A stretch of 64,000 nucleotides of DNA from Candidatus Bathyarchaeota archaeon (GCA_963717465.1 OY970340.1:192001-256000); one strand, 5' to 3'. Positions 10,601 through 20,492 are shown, counted from the stretch's first letter. Numbers and translations: made by a program. The notes: generated from the letters alone by a model not told the origin.

Positions 10601-11017
10601 TTCGACGCTCCGAGTTGTGCTTGACACTAAGTTAGCGCCATAATTTCCGATGGCAAACCGAGAGATCTTTTAAGAAAGGGTATCTCGAAAGAGTTCTGCA
10701 TTGTCACTTCAGACTTGATTTTGAATGAGCTAAGCAGCGTTCTTCGCAGACCAAAATTCAAGACTAACAAGGATGAAATTCACAGAATTATTCTATCGTT
10801 AATACAGACAGCAGAGATTGTAGAGGTTATTTCAAAACTCAATCTGATTAAAGAAGATCCTAAAGATGATATGGTTGTTGGGACAGCTTATGATGGAAGC
10901 GCCGACTTTATTGTTTCCGGAGACAGCCATCTTTTGGAGCTAAAGAATTTTAAAGGCATAAAAATAGTCAATGCCAAGCAAATGCTCGTTTATCTCGAAG
11001 AACAAACTCCTAAATAA
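10597..11017 (+). pseudogene. PIN-domain toxin with a disrupted 5' end
   Basis: LRVVLDT at ~10608-10628 is out of frame with VSAIISDGKP..DPKDD..IVSGDSHLL; the usual NVL codons are missing. Confidence 0.75.
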
Positions 11018-11283
11018 TGTTGTACCAGTTGAACCATGTATTTACACTGAAAATACCGATGACTTCAAAAAATACCTGTTTCTGAACGCTCCTAACCCTC
11101 TTAAGTGACCACAGACACTATTGTAACCACGAGTTGAAGATCCTTAGCAATTAGCTAAAGCAGTTGATTCGTCAGTCGACTTCGGTATAAAAGTGTTATG
11201 ACAACCGGAATTTAAGGTTAAATGGTAGTACTATTGTCATAAATTAGGACAAAACTTTTAAGGTAGTACCATTATTTTGCTCA

Positions 11284-11526
11284 TTGGAGATAATTGTGAC
11301 TTCAATTGTGAAGGTTACTCGAAAGGGTCAAACAACAATACCAGTAGAAGTTCGACAGAAGCTGGTAATACGGGAAGGAGATAGACTCTTGGTTGAAGCG
11401 ACTGAGCGTGGTCAAGTCGTTTTTACACCTATCAGAAAGCTCGAAGATTGCGCAGGAATTTACTCAAAGTACGCGAAGCCAAAGGAATTGAAGAAGCACA
11501 TTGACAAGCTGCGAGAGGAATACTAA
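11284..11526 (+). CDS. AbrB/MazE-family antitoxin
   Basis: VKVTRKGQTTIPVEVRQKLVIREGD. Confidence 0.87.
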   Translation: MEIIVTSIVKVTRKGQTTIPVEVRQKLVIREGDRLLVEATERGQVVFTPIRKLEDCAGIYSKYAKPKELKKHIDKLREEY

Positions 11527-11528
11527 GG

Positions 11529-11927
11529 TTGAAAACGGTTGTTGACAGCCGATTCGTAATAGAATATTTCTATTCAGATGAAACGGAAATCAAGCAAAAA
11601 GCCACAAAAAAGCTTAGAGAAATAATTCAGCGTAAGGAAGGCATATTGCCAACAATCGTCATCAGCGAAGCCATCCAAACGGTTTGTGAACAAATCGGGA
11701 AAGAAGAAGCAGAAATATGCTATGCAAACCTGACTCAGAGTGGGCTGAAGATCCAGAGCTTGACTTCTGTGATAGCCAAGCAAGCGGGTCTGCTTAGAAG
11801 TAAGTACCGAAATATCCCGATGGGCGACTGCATTATCGCTGCCACAGCTATAGAGAACCATGCAGTTGTTTTGTCCGACGACGTTCACTTTGATTCAATA
11901 CATGAAACGAAGAGAAGCTGGATTTAG
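11529..11927 (+). CDS. vapC: VapC PIN-domain toxin
   Basis: VVDSRF, ISE, GDCIIAATA, SDDVHF. Confidence 0.87.
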   Translation: MKTVVDSRFVIEYFYSDETEIKQKATKKLREIIQRKEGILPTIVISEAIQTVCEQIGKEEAEICYANLTQSGLKIQSLTSVIAKQAGLLRSKYRNIPMGDCIIAATAIENHAVVLSDDVHFDSIHETKRSWI

Positions 11928-11998
11928 AAGCCAAGGACTTTTTGATCTTAGTCATTTCTGTGAGCGCGTTAGAAGTTTTTGGCGCAGGGAATCAACTG

Positions 11999-12264
11999 TT
12001 ACCGTGACGATTTATCGTAGATTCTTTTACGATGCCCAACTGTCCTAACAAGGATGTTTTTACCTGTGACTTGGTAGATGACTCGATAATCGCCCACACG
12101 TAAAGACATAAGATCGTTGAGCCGTCCTACCAGATGTTTAGCTGCAAAAGGCTGTTCTTCAAGAATCTTGATTTGCGAAAGTATCCTTAACTGGTCTTGC
12201 TTATCTATTTGTTTTAGTTGCTTAAGGAATTCTCTGTAAACTGAATTTCACATTTCTTTTTCAT
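11999..12264 (-). pseudogene. RelE/ParE-family toxin with a 1-nt frameshift (not in the ORF track)
   Basis: Manual translation MKKKCEIQFT / EFLKQLKQID..SLRVGDYRVIY..VGHRKRIY; overlaps the end of the upstream antitoxin. Confidence 0.82.
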
Positions 12265-12478
12265 CAATTTTCAGCTCTGCGAGGAGTTCCTTGTAGCTGA
12301 ATACTTTGCCCTCCTTGATGTCTTTAGAGCTGGCGTCAATGCTTTTAATCAGTTTTTTATCGCTTAGAACTTCCAGAGTTTCCGCTAACTCTTCAACGAT
12401 AAGGCGCAGTTTTGGAAGCTCCTCAGCCAACGTTTTAAGGTTCTTCTTGTCTTCTTCAGTGAATACAGTTTCAACCAT
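12248..12478 (-). CDS. Antitoxin partner of the RelE toxin
   Basis: ETLEVLSDKKLIKSI..DIKEGKV pattern; directly upstream of the relE-like gene. Confidence 0.75.
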   Translation of the reverse strand: MVETVFTEEDKKNLKTLAEELPKLRLIVEELAETLEVLSDKKLIKSIDASSKDIKEGKVFSYKELLAELKIDEKEM

Positions 12479-12530
12479 TTTTAGGTCACCAAACTGTTGA
12501 ATACTTAGAACATATAGTTACTATTAACAT

Positions 12531-12790
12531 TTCTCCAAATACTCTAAGAACAGCATACTGCTTTTCCGTGTTTTCTAGAAACTCTTTTTCTGTTACGCCC
12601 GTCATGAAACAGTTTATGTTTTGAATCGCTTCCAAAAATGTGTTTAAGGTAAGAGCTCTATCGTTTTTCATAAATAATGCGCATTTCCTTTTTAACATCG
12701 TCTGCAGCGAAAGGGTTTAGCTGTGGAGTAAGTCCGGGTTGATTTTTTGTTTAAATGCTTTTGTTAACGCGTTTTCTGTATGAATCTAGG
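12531..12790 (-). pseudogene. Decayed partial copy of an MNT-HEPN junction
   Basis: Aligns by eye with ~43985-44245 (AAGGAAATGCGCATTAT.TATGAAAAACGA.AGAGCT); truncated at both ends. Confidence 0.8.
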
Positions 12791-12836
12791 TTTGAGGGAG
12801 TGAATAGCATAGTTAAATAACAAACTTTTTTAAAAT

Positions 12837-14144
12837 GTGTGTGAATTCAACTTTATGGAAGTTGAAGAGTTAAAAGCCATCGTTACGTCGCAGCGCCAGG
12901 CCTTGGAGGAACTGTTCAAAAAAGAAAAAATCATAGATCGGGATATAGATAGCCAGCATGTTAAAACTTTCTTGTCAAAACCTAACGTTTTAGCCATACT
13001 CGGTGTGAGACGATGCGGTAAATCTATATTCTCATGGCTACTTCTCGGGGCAGAAAAATTCGGGTACATAAACTTCTTCGATGAAAGATTAGTTGGACTT
13101 GAAGCTAACGAGTTAAACAAGGTTTTGCAGGCTTTTTACGAGTTGTACGGCAGCGAAATAGAATACTTCGTATTTGATGAGATACAGAAAGTTCTGGGAT
13201 GGGAGAGATTTGTAAGCAGACTTAGAACCGCCAACAAGATTATAATAACTGGAAGCAACTCTGATTTTTTGCGAGGAGACCTCGCCACTTTCCTAACTGG
13301 AAGACACGTTGACATTGAACTTTTGCCATTCAGTTTCAAAGAGTACTTACATGCTGCGGATGTGCTTTTAGTTGAGAATTGGGAGTACTCAACGAGCAGT
13401 ATTGCAACTGTGAAGAGGGCTCTTTCTAAGTATATGGAGAAAGGTGGTTTTCCGGAGGTTGGCAAATTTGGCGGTGCAATTTTAAGCAGTATTTACAAGG
13501 ACATTATAGAGAATGATATAATTGGTTATCACAGAGTTAGGAACCCTCAGATTTTAAGAGAAATGGCGAAGTTTTTAATTTCAATGGCTGGAAAGGAAAT
13601 AACCTTCAGCAAGTTAAAGTCGCTGGGAATAAAAGATACGCATACCTCATCAAAATATTGCACTTATCTCTCAGATGTATACCTCATATTTTTTCTGGAA
13701 AGGTTTTCATACAAACTAAAAGAGCAGTTCAAAGCCCCCAAAAAAGTCTACTGCATAGACAGCGGCTTAGCAGGCAACGTAGCCTTCAAACTAAGCAAAG
13801 ACCTCGGCAGACTGATGGAAAACTTGGTATTCATAGAGCTGCTGAGAAGAAAGCTCTACCAAAATTCATACTGGGAACTTTACTACTGGAAAGACCACCG
13901 AGGCAGAGAAACTGATTTCGTCATCAAAACTCAAGAATCAGTAAAGCAACTCATACAGGTAACCTATGCTTCAGGTAAAAATGAGATAGAAGCTCGAGAG
14001 CTTGAGGCACTCGAAATTGCCGCATCCGAGCTGAAATGTGAAAATTTACTTGTTATCACTTGGGACTACGAAGGAACAACATCAATTGGCGACAAAACAG
14101 TCAAGATTGTTCCGTTATGGAAATGGCTACTCAAACCCCAATGA
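12837..14144 (+). CDS. AAA_14/DUF4143-type ATPase with a C-terminal nuclease-like domain
   Basis: GVRRCGKS, FDEIQ, ITGSN, LTGR, GGFPE, KKVYCIDSG, ENLV, ETDFV. Confidence 0.88.
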   Translation: MCEFNFMEVEELKAIVTSQRQALEELFKKEKIIDRDIDSQHVKTFLSKPNVLAILGVRRCGKSIFSWLLLGAEKFGYINFFDERLVGLEANELNKVLQAFYELYGSEIEYFVFDEIQKVLGWERFVSRLRTANKIIITGSNSDFLRGDLATFLTGRHVDIELLPFSFKEYLHAADVLLVENWEYSTSSIATVKRALSKYMEKGGFPEVGKFGGAILSSIYKDIIENDIIGYHRVRNPQILREMAKFLISMAGKEITFSKLKSLGIKDTHTSSKYCTYLSDVYLIFFLERFSYKLKEQFKAPKKVYCIDSGLAGNVAFKLSKDLGRLMENLVFIELLRRKLYQNSYWELYYWKDHRGRETDFVIKTQESVKQLIQVTYASGKNEIEARELEALEIAASELKCENLLVITWDYEGTTSIGDKTVKIVPLWKWLLKPQ

Positions 14145-14515
14145 AAAAAGAACGATTAGGCATGTATAAACATGTTATTTATAGACAAAGCCTTTCTATC
14201 CATAAGCCGAAGTCTTATTTCACCAACGTAAACTTGTTTTGTTTTAGCTAAAACGGAAGCTTACTGCCAAATGCCGATACTTGATCCAGTTAAAAAAACA
14301 ATAGCACAAAAGCACATGATGAAGGTACCATTAATGGTTAGAAAAAAACAAAATCATGCTGTGCTATCCCTCATTTCAGTAAAAGAACTTCGAAAAAGAA
14401 TCGCTTAGTATGTTAGAGTGCTTTCTATACCATTGAAAGATTGTTAGCGTTTGAAAATCACACAAAAAGTTATAACGAATAAAACAAATCAGTTTCTATA
14501 ACAAGTGAATCCTAA

Positions 14516-15373
14516 TTGTCGATTGGAATTGAAGAACTCCGAGATGTCATAAGAGTCATTGTTTTTCTCAACGTCAGCAGGACTGGAATAAAAAAGACCA
14601 CCCTTAAAAATAAAATTGACCGAGTCTGCTCAAAGTATGTTTGTGTTGAAGCTTCCGATGTTGAAAAAACGTTGAAAGAAATGTCTGATGAAGGACTTCT
14701 AGTAGAATTTGATGACAAGGTTGAGTTAACTGAGAAAGGACACGAAATCGGCAAAGAATGGCAAAGCCTGCTTCTTAAAAAAGAACCCATCATGGAAGTA
14801 GTTGCTGGATTAGTCGATGGGTCAATAACAAGTCTGGTTATTGTTCTATCAGCTTTCATAGGAGCAATGACGGGCAAAACAATTTTCTCTAACCCTTCAT
14901 TGGTAGTTTTTGCCGCTTTCTTAACGTTAAGCGCGGTTGCAATAACCAATTTCTCCAGTTTTCTGTTAGGAGGAATCACCGAAGATATGGCAGATATCTT
15001 AACCCTGCAAAACTTGATGAATTACAGCTTAAGCAACATCCCAGACAAAAACGAGCGAACCAAATCGTTACAGCTAGTTAAAGACCTATTTTCTTTGCTT
15101 AGCAAAGAAATTCACAGATCAAACATTTACGCAGCAATAATATGCGGAACAACCGCGTATCTCGCTGGAATAATTCCAATCGTTACTTACTTAGCTCTTC
15201 CGCCTTTCTACAACATAACGGTATCTTTAGCCTTGGTCCTTCTAATCGTAGGCGTCTTTCTAGTTAGATATCGATCAAAGAAAACCCGAATTAACTGGAA
15301 AATAACATTAGCTGAAACACTGGCGATTGTAGTTATCGCAACAGTTGCTTCTTTGATCTTGGGCGCGATCTAA
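14516..15373 (+). CDS. Membrane protein with an N-terminal winged-helix-like region and a VIT1/CCC1-like domain
   Basis: LKEMSDEGLL..VELTEKG then VVAGLVDGSIT and about 5 hydrophobic helices. Confidence 0.6.
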   Translation: MSIGIEELRDVIRVIVFLNVSRTGIKKTTLKNKIDRVCSKYVCVEASDVEKTLKEMSDEGLLVEFDDKVELTEKGHEIGKEWQSLLLKKEPIMEVVAGLVDGSITSLVIVLSAFIGAMTGKTIFSNPSLVVFAAFLTLSAVAITNFSSFLLGGITEDMADILTLQNLMNYSLSNIPDKNERTKSLQLVKDLFSLLSKEIHRSNIYAAIICGTTAYLAGIIPIVTYLALPPFYNITVSLALVLLIVGVFLVRYRSKKTRINWKITLAETLAIVVIATVASLILGAI

Positions 15374-15378
15374 GCAAA

Positions 15379-15807
15379 TTAAGCGGTCAATTGCTGATGC
15401 TCAACCATCATGCACTTATCCATAACCACGATCATTCCTGCATCGCGGGCAACTTTAGCAGCCTGCTTGTTGACAATTTCAAGCTGCATCCAAACAACAA
15501 AAGGCTTACCATACAATTCTTTGAGCTTTACAGCTTGCTCAACTATAGGCATCACATCTTTTGAAGACCTAAAAATATCCACAATCTCAATCGTTCCTTG
15601 GATTTCGGGTGGAATGTCCAGCAGGCTTTTGTAACTTTTTTCTCCTAAGATCTCTTCTGCATTAGGGTTTACAGGTATAATTTGAAAGCCTTGTTGCTGC
15701 AAATAAGAAGCTACCGTATGGCTCGGCTTATCTATGGTTGGCGATAGCCCGACAACCGCAATTACCTTGTAGTCAGTCAAGATATTTCGAATTTGGTTTT
15801 GGGTCAA
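15379..15807 (-). CDS. CoA-binding protein (YccU-like)
   Basis: IAVVGLS, IIPVNP, VDIFR, VWMQ, VVMDKC. Confidence 0.88.
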   Translation of the reverse strand: MTQNQIRNILTDYKVIAVVGLSPTIDKPSHTVASYLQQQGFQIIPVNPNAEEILGEKSYKSLLDIPPEIQGTIEIVDIFRSSKDVMPIVEQAVKLKELYGKPFVVWMQLEIVNKQAAKVARDAGMIVVMDKCMMVEHQQLTA

Positions 15808-15835
15808 ATATGATACACCACTTTAGGGAGGTAGG

Positions 15836-16771
15836 TTATGGCGTTTGGCTTAGGGTTAAATCGAAAAAGAGTTCTCTGCCGTCACGTAATGCAGCTATGT
15901 TAATTTTTTCTCCGATTTTCTTTTTATGAATTTCTTTAACTAAATCTTCAATGCTTGAAACCTCTAGAGTTCCGACTTCCAGAATGATATCGCCATTTGT
16001 CAAGCCGGCTTTTTCAGCAGGGCTTCCTGGAGCAACCTTGGTTATAATTACGCCGTGGTCTACTGGCAACCCGTAGTAGCTTGCAATGTCATTAGTTAGT
16101 GTTAAGCCTACTATTCCCAGCCAAGGGTTTTTAGCTGAACCTTCAGTCATTATGCCGTTAGTGCATGTTTTTGCTGAGTTAATTGGAATTGCAAAGCCTA
16201 TGCCCTGAGCGTAGGGTATGATGGCAGTGTTAATGGCGATAACTTGACCAGTTAAGTCAACCAATGGACCGCCACTGTTTCCAGGATTAATCGCCGCATC
16301 GGTCTGAACAAGGTTTTCTATTAAACCTGTTTGAGCTTCTATTGTCCGGTTGATTGCACTTATTACTCCAGAAGTTACGCTTGGGCCGCCTGTCAAACCG
16401 AAAGGATTCCCAATTGCATAAACTCTTTGCCCAACCCGCAGTTTATCCGAATCACCAAGTTGAGCAGCCTGAAGATTTTTCGCATCAACCTTTACAACTG
16501 CAATATCATGAACAGCACATGAACCAGCTATTGTACCTTCGACCACTTGATTATTCCACAGCGTAACATTAATTTTTTCAGCTCCACCAACCACATGATT
16601 ATTTGTAAGAACCAGACCCGCTGAATCGATTACTGTGCCTGAACCCATGCCTCCCACCGGCACAGCCTGATAAAAAATATTGCTTACAAGCCTAACTGTA
16701 CTTATGTTAACAACACTTTTACTCACTTTCTCTAGAATATCCAAAACATCATTTTCACTATAAGAAGACAT
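15836..16771 (-). CDS. HtrA/DegP-like serine protease with PDZ domain
   Basis: GSG, TNNHVV, DIAVVK, QTDAAINPGNSGGPL, GSPAEKAGL. Confidence 0.92.
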   Translation of the reverse strand: MSSYSENDVLDILEKVSKSVVNISTVRLVSNIFYQAVPVGGMGSGTVIDSAGLVLTNNHVVGGAEKINVTLWNNQVVEGTIAGSCAVHDIAVVKVDAKNLQAAQLGDSDKLRVGQRVYAIGNPFGLTGGPSVTSGVISAINRTIEAQTGLIENLVQTDAAINPGNSGGPLVDLTGQVIAINTAIIPYAQGIGFAIPINSAKTCTNGIMTEGSAKNPWLGIVGLTLTNDIASYYGLPVDHGVIITKVAPGSPAEKAGLTNGDIILEVGTLEVSSIEDLVKEIHKKKIGEKINIAALRDGRELFFDLTLSQTP

Positions 16772-16827
16772 CAGGTTACCCTAGAACCACTAAAAGCGCG
16801 CTTTTTAATAAATCTTCAATTCGAAAC

Positions 16828-17208
16828 TTAAGTAGAACCGCAAAACGAACAGGATTGAATCCAATCTCTCTGCATTTCCTTTTGACACAACTGACACATC
16901 AACCCTTTCTCCCTGATGGTGTGGCAAGTTTGACAGAAAAGACGAAGAATCTCCATTTTTCTAGGCGGCTCTTCAATTAGGAAAGCTACCATTTGATCGA
17001 TAAGTACCTGAATTTCTTCCACGTTTTCGATGTCTAAAAGATTTCCGCGATCTTTAGTGACGTATCGACTTACTGCGGACTGAGATAAACCAAGAAGCAC
17101 AGCAGTCTGTTTTTCGTTAAGTTTGTGTTTTTCTATGATTGATCTCGCCATAATCGCCTTTACAGCGGGCAGCACTGTTTTAACTCCTACTTCGCAGGGT
17201 AATAGCAA
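16828..17208 (-). CDS. Archaeal HTH transcriptional regulator with a Cys-rich C-terminus
   Basis: LPCE..LPA..A; LLGLSQSAVSRY helix-turn-helix; CxxC..CxxC..CxxC. Confidence 0.8.
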   Translation of the reverse strand: MLLPCEVGVKTVLPAVKAIMARSIIEKHKLNEKQTAVLLGLSQSAVSRYVTKDRGNLLDIENVEEIQVLIDQMVAFLIEEPPRKMEILRLFCQTCHTIREKGLMCQLCQKEMQRDWIQSCSFCGST

Positions 17209-17217
17209 GTTTGCACC

Positions 17218-18321
17218 TTGATACCGTATTTTTATAGGAAAATCTATTTAAGTATGACGCTTGTCATAAAATTTATGACGCGTGTCATGACGGGGGCAAG
17301 CACAAAACATCTGTCTCACACCAATCTCCTCACCTCCTTAACCCGCCAGACACACGCCAAAGGGGAGGGGGCTAAACAAATAGGAAACGTCTTATCATCA
17401 AATGAACAATCAAGACAAGACTTGGCAGAAATGCTCAAGAATTTGGACGCTGAATGTAGAAACTGCGCGCCAATAACACCTTTAGAATGCATAACGCGAT
17501 GCCAAGTGTGGAAACTTAAGAATGAATTACGTTCGTTAAGGGAAATAATGGGCAATCCCAATTTTACGAAAGAACTGTTAAATGCCTTAAAGAATCAGAC
17601 GAGAGTTAATATTTTGAAGTCAATGGTTAAGACTCGGTATTCGATAAGTCGACTTCAGCAAGAACTTAAGAAGAATGGTCAATTATGCAGTGTAGAAGTG
17701 ATTAGTGAAGAATACATCCAGCCGCTAGTGGCACTTGGACTTGCAGTTCAAGCAAGAGAAGAATATTACGCGACAAATTTCGGAGGTCAACTTTCACAAG
17801 TAATTGGAGATACAACGCCTGAATTCTCAACTCTTCCAGCGCACTCAGAATGCTACGAAGAAACGTTGCTTCTCGCCTTGTTATCGGGTCCAAAAACGTT
17901 CGAAGAAATAAAGCAACTCATCTCGCCGTCAATTGCTTCAAGAATTCTAAAACGATTAAAAGCCACAGGCTTAATAGAGAGACCAGAAGAAAGAGACTAC
18001 ATTTTCTTTTTTAAGACCAAGCGGGATCCAAGCAGAGAACAATTGAACCCAATGGAAGAAAAAGTCTACAGTAACATTGCCGACGAGGGAATGTCAGCAA
18101 AAAATATTTCCAAAAAAACTGGGCTTTCAATAAGAATAATTTACAAACATTTAAGAAAATTGAAAGGGAAAAAACTTATCTTTGTAAGAAAAGCCCCCAA
18201 ACCTTACGATTTAACGGTTAAAGGCAAAGAATTTGCGGAAGTTTTGCAAGAACTAACTCAATTGGTTGACCAAACCTGGACTTCAACTGAACAAGTGGTG
18301 AACGGGAAAATGAACTCTTAA
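17218..18321 (+). CDS. Multi-winged-helix protein with a Cys cluster; true start probably downstream of 17218
   Basis: CRNC..C...C then repeated wHTH-like segments (LKRLKATGLIE; HLRKLKGKKLI..YDLTVKG). Confidence 0.7.
   Translation: MIPYFYRKIYLSMTLVIKFMTRVMTGASTKHLSHTNLLTSLTRQTHAKGEGAKQIGNVLSSNEQSRQDLAEMLKNLDAECRNCAPITPLECITRCQVWKLKNELRSLREIMGNPNFTKELLNALKNQTRVNILKSMVKTRYSISRLQQELKKNGQLCSVEVISEEYIQPLVALGLAVQAREEYYATNFGGQLSQVIGDTTPEFSTLPAHSECYEETLLLALLSGPKTFEEIKQLISPSIASRILKRLKATGLIERPEERDYIFFFKTKRDPSREQLNPMEEKVYSNIADEGMSAKNISKKTGLSIRIIYKHLRKLKGKKLIFVRKAPKPYDLTVKGKEFAEVLQELTQLVDQTWTSTEQVVNGKMNS
17253..17289. promoter_or_regulatory. Two palindromic operator-like sites ATGAC-N4-GTCAT, 21 bp apart
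   Basis: TATGACgcttGTCATA at 17253-17268 and TATGACgcgtGTCATG at 17274-17289, between divergent regulator genes. Confidence 0.6.
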
Positions 18322-18490
18322 AAACACCTTTTTCCTCTATTTTTAGACTTTAGCATATTCGAAATTTCTACCAGAATTTTATTTTCAAAAGCATGCGATT
18401 TTTTCATAAAGATAATATTTAAGCGGAAAGATTGTATGAGTGAGGATCAATCAGTTAAGTGCAAGGTTCTTGAGGCGATTTGAATTGGGT

Positions 18491-19129
18491 ATGTTGCCTG
18501 ATGATAAGAAAGAGTTGCTTAGAAGCGAGTTAAAGGAGAAAATTGAAAATCCAGTAAAAATTGTCATGTTCACGCAGGAAGCTGAGTGTGGATCTTGCTC
18601 GAGTACAAAGCAGCTTGTTACAGAGTTAGCGGCGTTGAACGATAAAATAACTTTGGAGGTTTATGATTTTATTGCCAATGCTGATAAAGCTAAGGAGTAT
18701 GGTGTTGACAAGATTCCAGCGTTAGCAATAATAGGCAAAAAGGACTATGGCGTTCGAATCTATGGGTTACCCTACGGTTATGAACTTCAAACTTTAACTG
18801 AAGCAATTGCTAATGTTTCTAAAGGTAAAACAGATTTATCAGAGAAGACGAAAGCGATTCTTGCAGATGTCAAAATTCCCGTTCATATTCAAGTTTTCGT
18901 CACTTTAACGTGTCCACATTGTCCTGAAGCTGCTGTGATTGCTCATAAGCTGGCTATTGAAAGTGATATGGTGCGTGCAGACGTAATTGATAGCAGTGAA
19001 TTCCAGTCTTTAGCCATGAAATACAATGTCATGGGTGTCCCAAAAATCATAATTAATGAAAAGATAGAGTTTGTTGGAGCATTCAACGAAGACTTGTTTG
19101 CTGAGCATGTGCTTCTCGGCGGCATGTAG
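18491..19129 (+). CDS. Protein disulfide oxidoreductase (two thioredoxin folds)
   Basis: CGSC and CPHC active sites, GLPYGYE, VMGVPK. Confidence 0.9.
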   Translation: MLPDDKKELLRSELKEKIENPVKIVMFTQEAECGSCSSTKQLVTELAALNDKITLEVYDFIANADKAKEYGVDKIPALAIIGKKDYGVRIYGLPYGYELQTLTEAIANVSKGKTDLSEKTKAILADVKIPVHIQVFVTLTCPHCPEAAVIAHKLAIESDMVRADVIDSSEFQSLAMKYNVMGVPKIIINEKIEFVGAFNEDLFAEHVLLGGM

Positions 19130-19264
19130 AAAATTGTTGTAGAAGCATTCTTCAAGTTCTCTTGTCACTTGTCTGCCGTTTATCGTGCGTGCTCATAAAG
19201 CTAAGTGGTATAGCTAAAGATTGATGAAATCTTCAAAGGTAAAATGCCCAGATTTAGGAGATAT

Positions 19265-19545
19265 TTGTAAAAAGTTAAGTAAACCTTAAAAAAATTTGAT
19301 TTTTATGGTGGAAGATACGCTTGAAATGCGCCTATTTTCGTTAAAGCTTGAAGGAGACGGCTTTAACAAGGGGAAAATTGTTAAGGTTTGAGGTGTATAA
19401 GTTAAGGTTTGAGGTGTATAAGTTAAGGTTTGAGGTGTATAAGTTAAGGTTTGAGGTGTATAAGTTAAGGTTTGAGGTGTATAAGTTAAGGTTTCAGGTG
19501 CTAAATTGGGGTGTTTTTTAGGTTACTGCCTACATTGATTTTAAC
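19265..19545 (+). pseudogene. Decayed copy of the 5' part of the terminase-small-subunit-like gene at 29815
   Basis: MVEDTLEMRLFSLKLEGDGFNK versus MAKDTLERRLFWLKLEGDGFNK; similarity resumes after the repeat (AGGTTACTGCCTACA.TGATTTTAA). Confidence 0.85.
19380..19500. repeat. 21-bp tandem repeat GTTAAGGTTTGAGGTGTATAA, 5 exact copies plus a 16-bp partial copy
   Basis: Units start at 19380, 19401, 19422, 19443 and 19464; partial unit at 19485 has one mismatch; no spacers. Confidence 0.97.
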
Positions 19546-19744
19546 TGTGGCACGCGATCAAAAACAACTGCTTTCCGAATAGTTCAAATGAGCTAAAATG
19601 AACCGAAAGCAGGGATTACAGAAAAGTTATTGTTAGTCGCTTAGATGCAATCTAGGAAACAACCATCCGTTGGCTCTCAAGGAATCAACTGCCCTTTAGT
19701 TCCTTTAGTTTAACCATAGGGTTTAACTCTATCCAGAAATAAAT

Positions 19745-20030
19745 TAAAGTCATCTTATCGTATCCCTCGTAACTGTAGTACCTGTAGTACCTTAGTAACT
19801 CATGGCAATGCTCCATGCAATGATGAAGTTGATGGCTTAAGGAACGCCCGCCGTATGCGCATTTCATTAGTACGCCATCTGTCGTGTCGGTTCGTAACCA
19901 TGCCAGCAGTGAACAGAAGCGGGCATACAAGGAAATACACCAGGAATACTGTTAACAGCAAGCGTGGTGCCGATCGCTAAAAGAGCAACATAGGTTGCAG
20001 TATCGAAACCTAACCCGAAAAGTACGATTA
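19745..20030 (-). pseudogene. Decayed fragment of a HoxN/NixA nickel permease paralog
   Basis: DTTDGVLMKCAYG matches DTTDGVLMRCAYG; nucleotide similarity to ~21290-21490 and ~21050-21105 with an internal deletion and indels. Confidence 0.85.
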
Positions 20031-20066
20031 TCAATACGGGCAGGTGTTATGCGAATTATTGTATGG

Positions 20067-20492
20067 TTATAAATCTAATTTATCTTTGAAATATTTTTCA
20101 AACGATTTTTTTGCTTCTGTTTTTGCCCACTCATTTACGCCCATTTTTTTAATTAAGCACAAATTGTATACCTTTGTATTATGCGGTAATGTGGAGGCTT
20201 TGTCAGCAAGCGGGTGCAATAAATTACATGGAAAATCACTGCATTCATAACAAAAAGTCACACGTTTATTTTTAGCACATTTGTAAGTTTTACATTGTTC
20301 GCTGTAGCCTAATGCTTTTAAGAACAAACATTTTCCTTCAATATTCCTGCAACCATTACAAGATATAGTCTCAACTAGCACATTATACCTTTTCGACAAA
20401 AATGATTTTAGAGATTCATTATTTTTTGATAAATAAGCTGGGCAATTAAAACAATCCCTTCCACAAGGAGCGGTCATTAAAGTATAATCCAT
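20067..20492 (-). CDS. DUF3795-like Cys-rich protein
   Basis: APCGRDCFNCP, CNGCR, CYECSDFPC. Confidence 0.8.
   Translation of the reverse strand: MDYTLMTAPCGRDCFNCPAYLSKNNESLKSFLSKRYNVLVETISCNGCRNIEGKCLFLKALGYSEQCKTYKCAKNKRVTFCYECSDFPCNLLHPLADKASTLPHNTKVYNLCLIKKMGVNEWAKTEAKKSFEKYFKDKLDL

Noticed and set aside
17326..17371. TCACCTCCTTA resembling the 16S rRNA 3' end, able to pair with a downstream G-rich tract
   Set aside because: No rRNA context and too short to support a call; it could be a leader hairpin or chance.
19380..19500. Repeat array as a CRISPR
   Set aside because: Units are directly adjacent with no spacers, and there are no cas genes in the window.
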